Made by a program: the position numbers and the translations under genes. A DNA stretch of 63,986 nt, the filler included, from Octopus bimaculoides (taxonomy: Eukaryota), in NCBI RefSeq assembly GCF_001194135.2. It is 5 parts of 4 records of this genome, joined end to end, with 100 filler letters (N's around TTAATTAATTAA, not from the genome) between each part and the next. Parts side by side here need not be neighbours in the genome. Positions count along the whole stretch, not along the records: positions 60,310 to 62,384 come from NC_069001.1; positions 62,485 to 63,986 come from NC_068984.1; 3 more parts are not named here. One strand, given 5' to 3'. Each line of letters opens with the position of its first letter. The stretch's first letter is position 1. Positions 61,426 through 63,986 of the stretch are shown here, in pieces. The notes beneath the pieces were generated by a model. The model was not told the DNA's origin. It made no database searches and saw nothing but the letters and a program-made list of their open reading frames with translations.

Positions 61426-61789
61426 GTCAATTATAACCCCTCCTCCTCCTCCTCCTCCTCACCACCACTTCGTGTGTGTGTGTGGTATCGAAAGGACATA
61501 TTTTAAATCGTGTAAAAAGGATGCAGGTATACTGTAATGTGCTCAATGAAATGACGAAGGTGGATTTTCACAAAAAGTGTCACAGGACTGATTATTGTCA
61601 GAAGCGGGAAAGGGAACGGGTTTCAAAAACCAAAAATAAATATTCCATTCAATGCAAATATAACAAATATCTAGACACACACACATACACATATACACAC
61701 ACACCTGTACACATACAGATATACATACATAAATATAAATTCACACACATAAATTTGTTGATTCACCGAAAAACGACATATACATATAA

Positions 61790-61821
<32 letters not shown>

Positions 61822-62151
61822 NNNNNNNNNNNNNNNNNNNNNNNNNNNNNNNNNNNNNNNNNNNNNNNNNNNNNNNNNNNNNNNNNNNNNNNNNNNNNNN
61901 NNNNNNNNNNNNNNNNNNNNNNNNNNNNNNNNNNNNNNNNNNNNNNNNNNNNNNNNNNNNNNNNNNNNNNNNNNNNNNNNNNNNNNNNNNNNNNNNNNNN
62001 NNNNNNNNNNNNNNNNNNNNNNNNNNNNNNNNNNNNNNNNNNNNNNATATCATTCACACATACATGTATTCATGCATGCATACATACATGTATACATACA
62101 TACATGCATGCATACATACATACATACAAATATATTTACACACATACATGC

Positions 62152-62183
<32 letters not shown>

Positions 62184-62384
62184 GCACATACACTCGCACA
62201 TGCAAAACGAAATGGTTTCTTTCACAACCTTGCTACCGAGTCGGTGGCCGGTCAAAATTCACTCTAAATTAAAGAGAAAGAAGACACACGCACGCACACA
62301 CATACACACACACGCACGCACACACATACACACACATACATACATGCATCCATCCATAAAGAATTATTAACGCTTAAGTTTTTT

Positions 62385-62484
62385 NNNNNNNNNNNNNNNN
62401 NNNNNNNNNNNNNNNNNNNNNNNNNNNNTTAATTAATTAANNNNNNNNNNNNNNNNNNNNNNNNNNNNNNNNNNNNNNNNNNNN
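62385..62484. other. Artificial assembly linker N44-TTAATTAATTAA-N44
   Basis: Same 100-bp structure. Confidence 0.95.
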
Positions 62485-62777
62485 ATATATATATATATAT
62501 ATATACATATGTATATATACTCATATACATACATATATACACGCACACACATATATATATATATTTATATACACACACACACACCTATACACTCCCCATA
62601 CACACATATCTTAGTGTGTATACACACCGCTTACAAGCGTATAAACACATGATGTAATCAATATCCTAAGAAGTGTATACGATTCAATCAATCTTAAATA
62701 AACCCTTCCGTTATACACCCACCGTTATTCACACACACAAACCAAACAGAAAACACACACACAGACACACGCGCACA

Positions 62778-62816
<39 letters not shown>

Positions 62817-63531
62817 ACATACAGATAGGTGTTTCCTCTTGTGGTCTAATGTCCTATGACAGGCCAAGGTGGTCTATTGCTATGTAGATCACGTGGTAGG
62901 GCACTCCACACAATCTGTGTTAATGAAATGCCGTATGAACGGTGAATGCTTACAGTACGTGAGGAGAGCGAACAATGAGAGTGAGGGATAGGTTTGTTCG
63001 GGTAAGGTGTGGTGCTTGTTGGTGTCCTGTGGTGATGAACGAGTGTACGTTAGCGTGTGTGTATGTAGGTGTGCCTGTGTTTTTGTGTCTGTGTGTTGCT
63101 TGTGTAAGAGTGTGACTTATTGGGAGACATGAAAAAAAAATGGCTGCTTTTTTGTTTTGTTTTGTAGGGGTACATAATGATAGATCCGTTTTATATAGGA
63201 ACTGATGATGACGTAACTGTTAGTTTAGAGTGGCGCGAGGATCGATCGAAGGAGCCAGTGAGAGAGGGAAAGAATGAGAAAGGCGAGAAAGAAGGGGAGG
63301 AAAGAAAGAGAAATGAGGAGAGAATAATGGAGTAAGCTGGGTCTCCAATGCTCTTCGAGAGGCGTGGCTTAGGTAAGTTAACGAATGTTCTTTGAAAGTA
63401 AGCCATTTCCTTTCGGTACGTGGGTTGCATTTGAAAGAGTGGAGTGGGGGGGGGGGNNNNNNNNNNNNNNNNNNNNNNNNNNNNNNNNNNNNTGTATAAA
63501 TATATACAAAAATAATTCAAGAGATGATTTC

Positions 63532-63532
<1 letters not shown>

Positions 63533-63594
<62 letters not shown>
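63533..63594 (+). repeat. (AAT)n microsatellite at the 5' junction of a Dong-like LINE
   Basis: Read directly from the sequence. Confidence 0.95.
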
Positions 63595-63595
<1 letters not shown>

Positions 63596-63615
63596 TGAAT
63601 CTAATGTGAACATCT

Positions 63616-63986
63616 AATGTGAACCTTGACCAGCAAAATGTCATAAAAGAGTTAGAACCAGCGGAGAGCTACAAATACCTAGGGGTAATTGAAGGGGACA
63701 ATATCAAGCATTCAGTGATGAGGGAAAGGATTAGAAGAGAATGTTATCGCAGGGTGAGAGCAATACTGAAGACAGAGCTGAACGCGAGAAACAGGATCGA
63801 AGCGATCAATGCTCTAGCCATACCAGTCGTGACTTACAGTTTCAATATCGTTAACTGGTCAATTACTGAAATATGTAATGTTGACAGAAAAATACGAAAA
63901 CTGTTGACAATGCATAGAATGCACCACCCTAAGGCAGATATAGAACGTCTTTATCTGCCAAGAAAAGAGGGAGGCCGAGGACTTCT
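63616..63986 (+). mobile_element. 5'-truncated R4/Dong-clade LINE; RT C-terminal part open to the window edge (not in the ORF track)
   Basis: 123 uninterrupted codons: ...IKELEPAESYKYLGVIEGDNIKH...RRVRAILKTELNARNRIEAINALAIPVVTYSF..VNW....DRKIRKLLTMHRMHHPKADIERLYLPRKEGGRGL. YKYLG, AIN..A.P..YSF and HHPKAD..RLYLPR..GGRGL are typical of R4/Dong elements. Confidence 0.9.

Overview
Repeat-saturated, AT-rich eukaryotic genomic DNA with many N gaps. The SINE, LINE and microsatellite families look like coleoid cephalopod (Octopus-type) DNA; this is inferred from recalled repeat families, not from a search. Four identical 100-bp linkers (N44-TTAATTAATTAA-N44) split the window into five joined assembly pieces: 1-28351, 28452-42743, 42844-60209, 60310-62384 and 62485-end. 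No host protein-coding gene can be named with confidence. Almost all ORFs in the supplied track are microsatellite translations, gap read-throughs or antisense reads of repeats. Supported content: (i) one near-full-length but decayed RTE LINE (35.6-39.4 kb, minus); (ii) fragments of CR1-group, L1/Tx1 and R4/Dong-type (restriction-like endonuclease) LINEs; (iii) at least four tRNA-derived SINE families, including a head-to-tail array of about 7 copies; (iv) mariner fragments, a small mariner MITE, and two copies of a fold-back mariner derivative built from two 5' ends; (v) two minimal hammerhead-ribozyme motifs of the Penelope-associated type; (vi) a tRNA-Thr(CGT)-like pseudogene; (vii) two perfect palindromes; (viii) several low-confidence candidate exons. 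I found no operon-like or CRISPR system. The best leads for undescribed biology are mobile-element behaviours: the amplified double-5'-end mariner, microsatellite-targeted R4/Dong LINEs, self-adjacent SINE arrays, SINE tail swapping and the ribozymes. Coordinates of degenerate repeats are approximate (roughly +/-10-20 bp). The SINE family letters A-D are my own labels.
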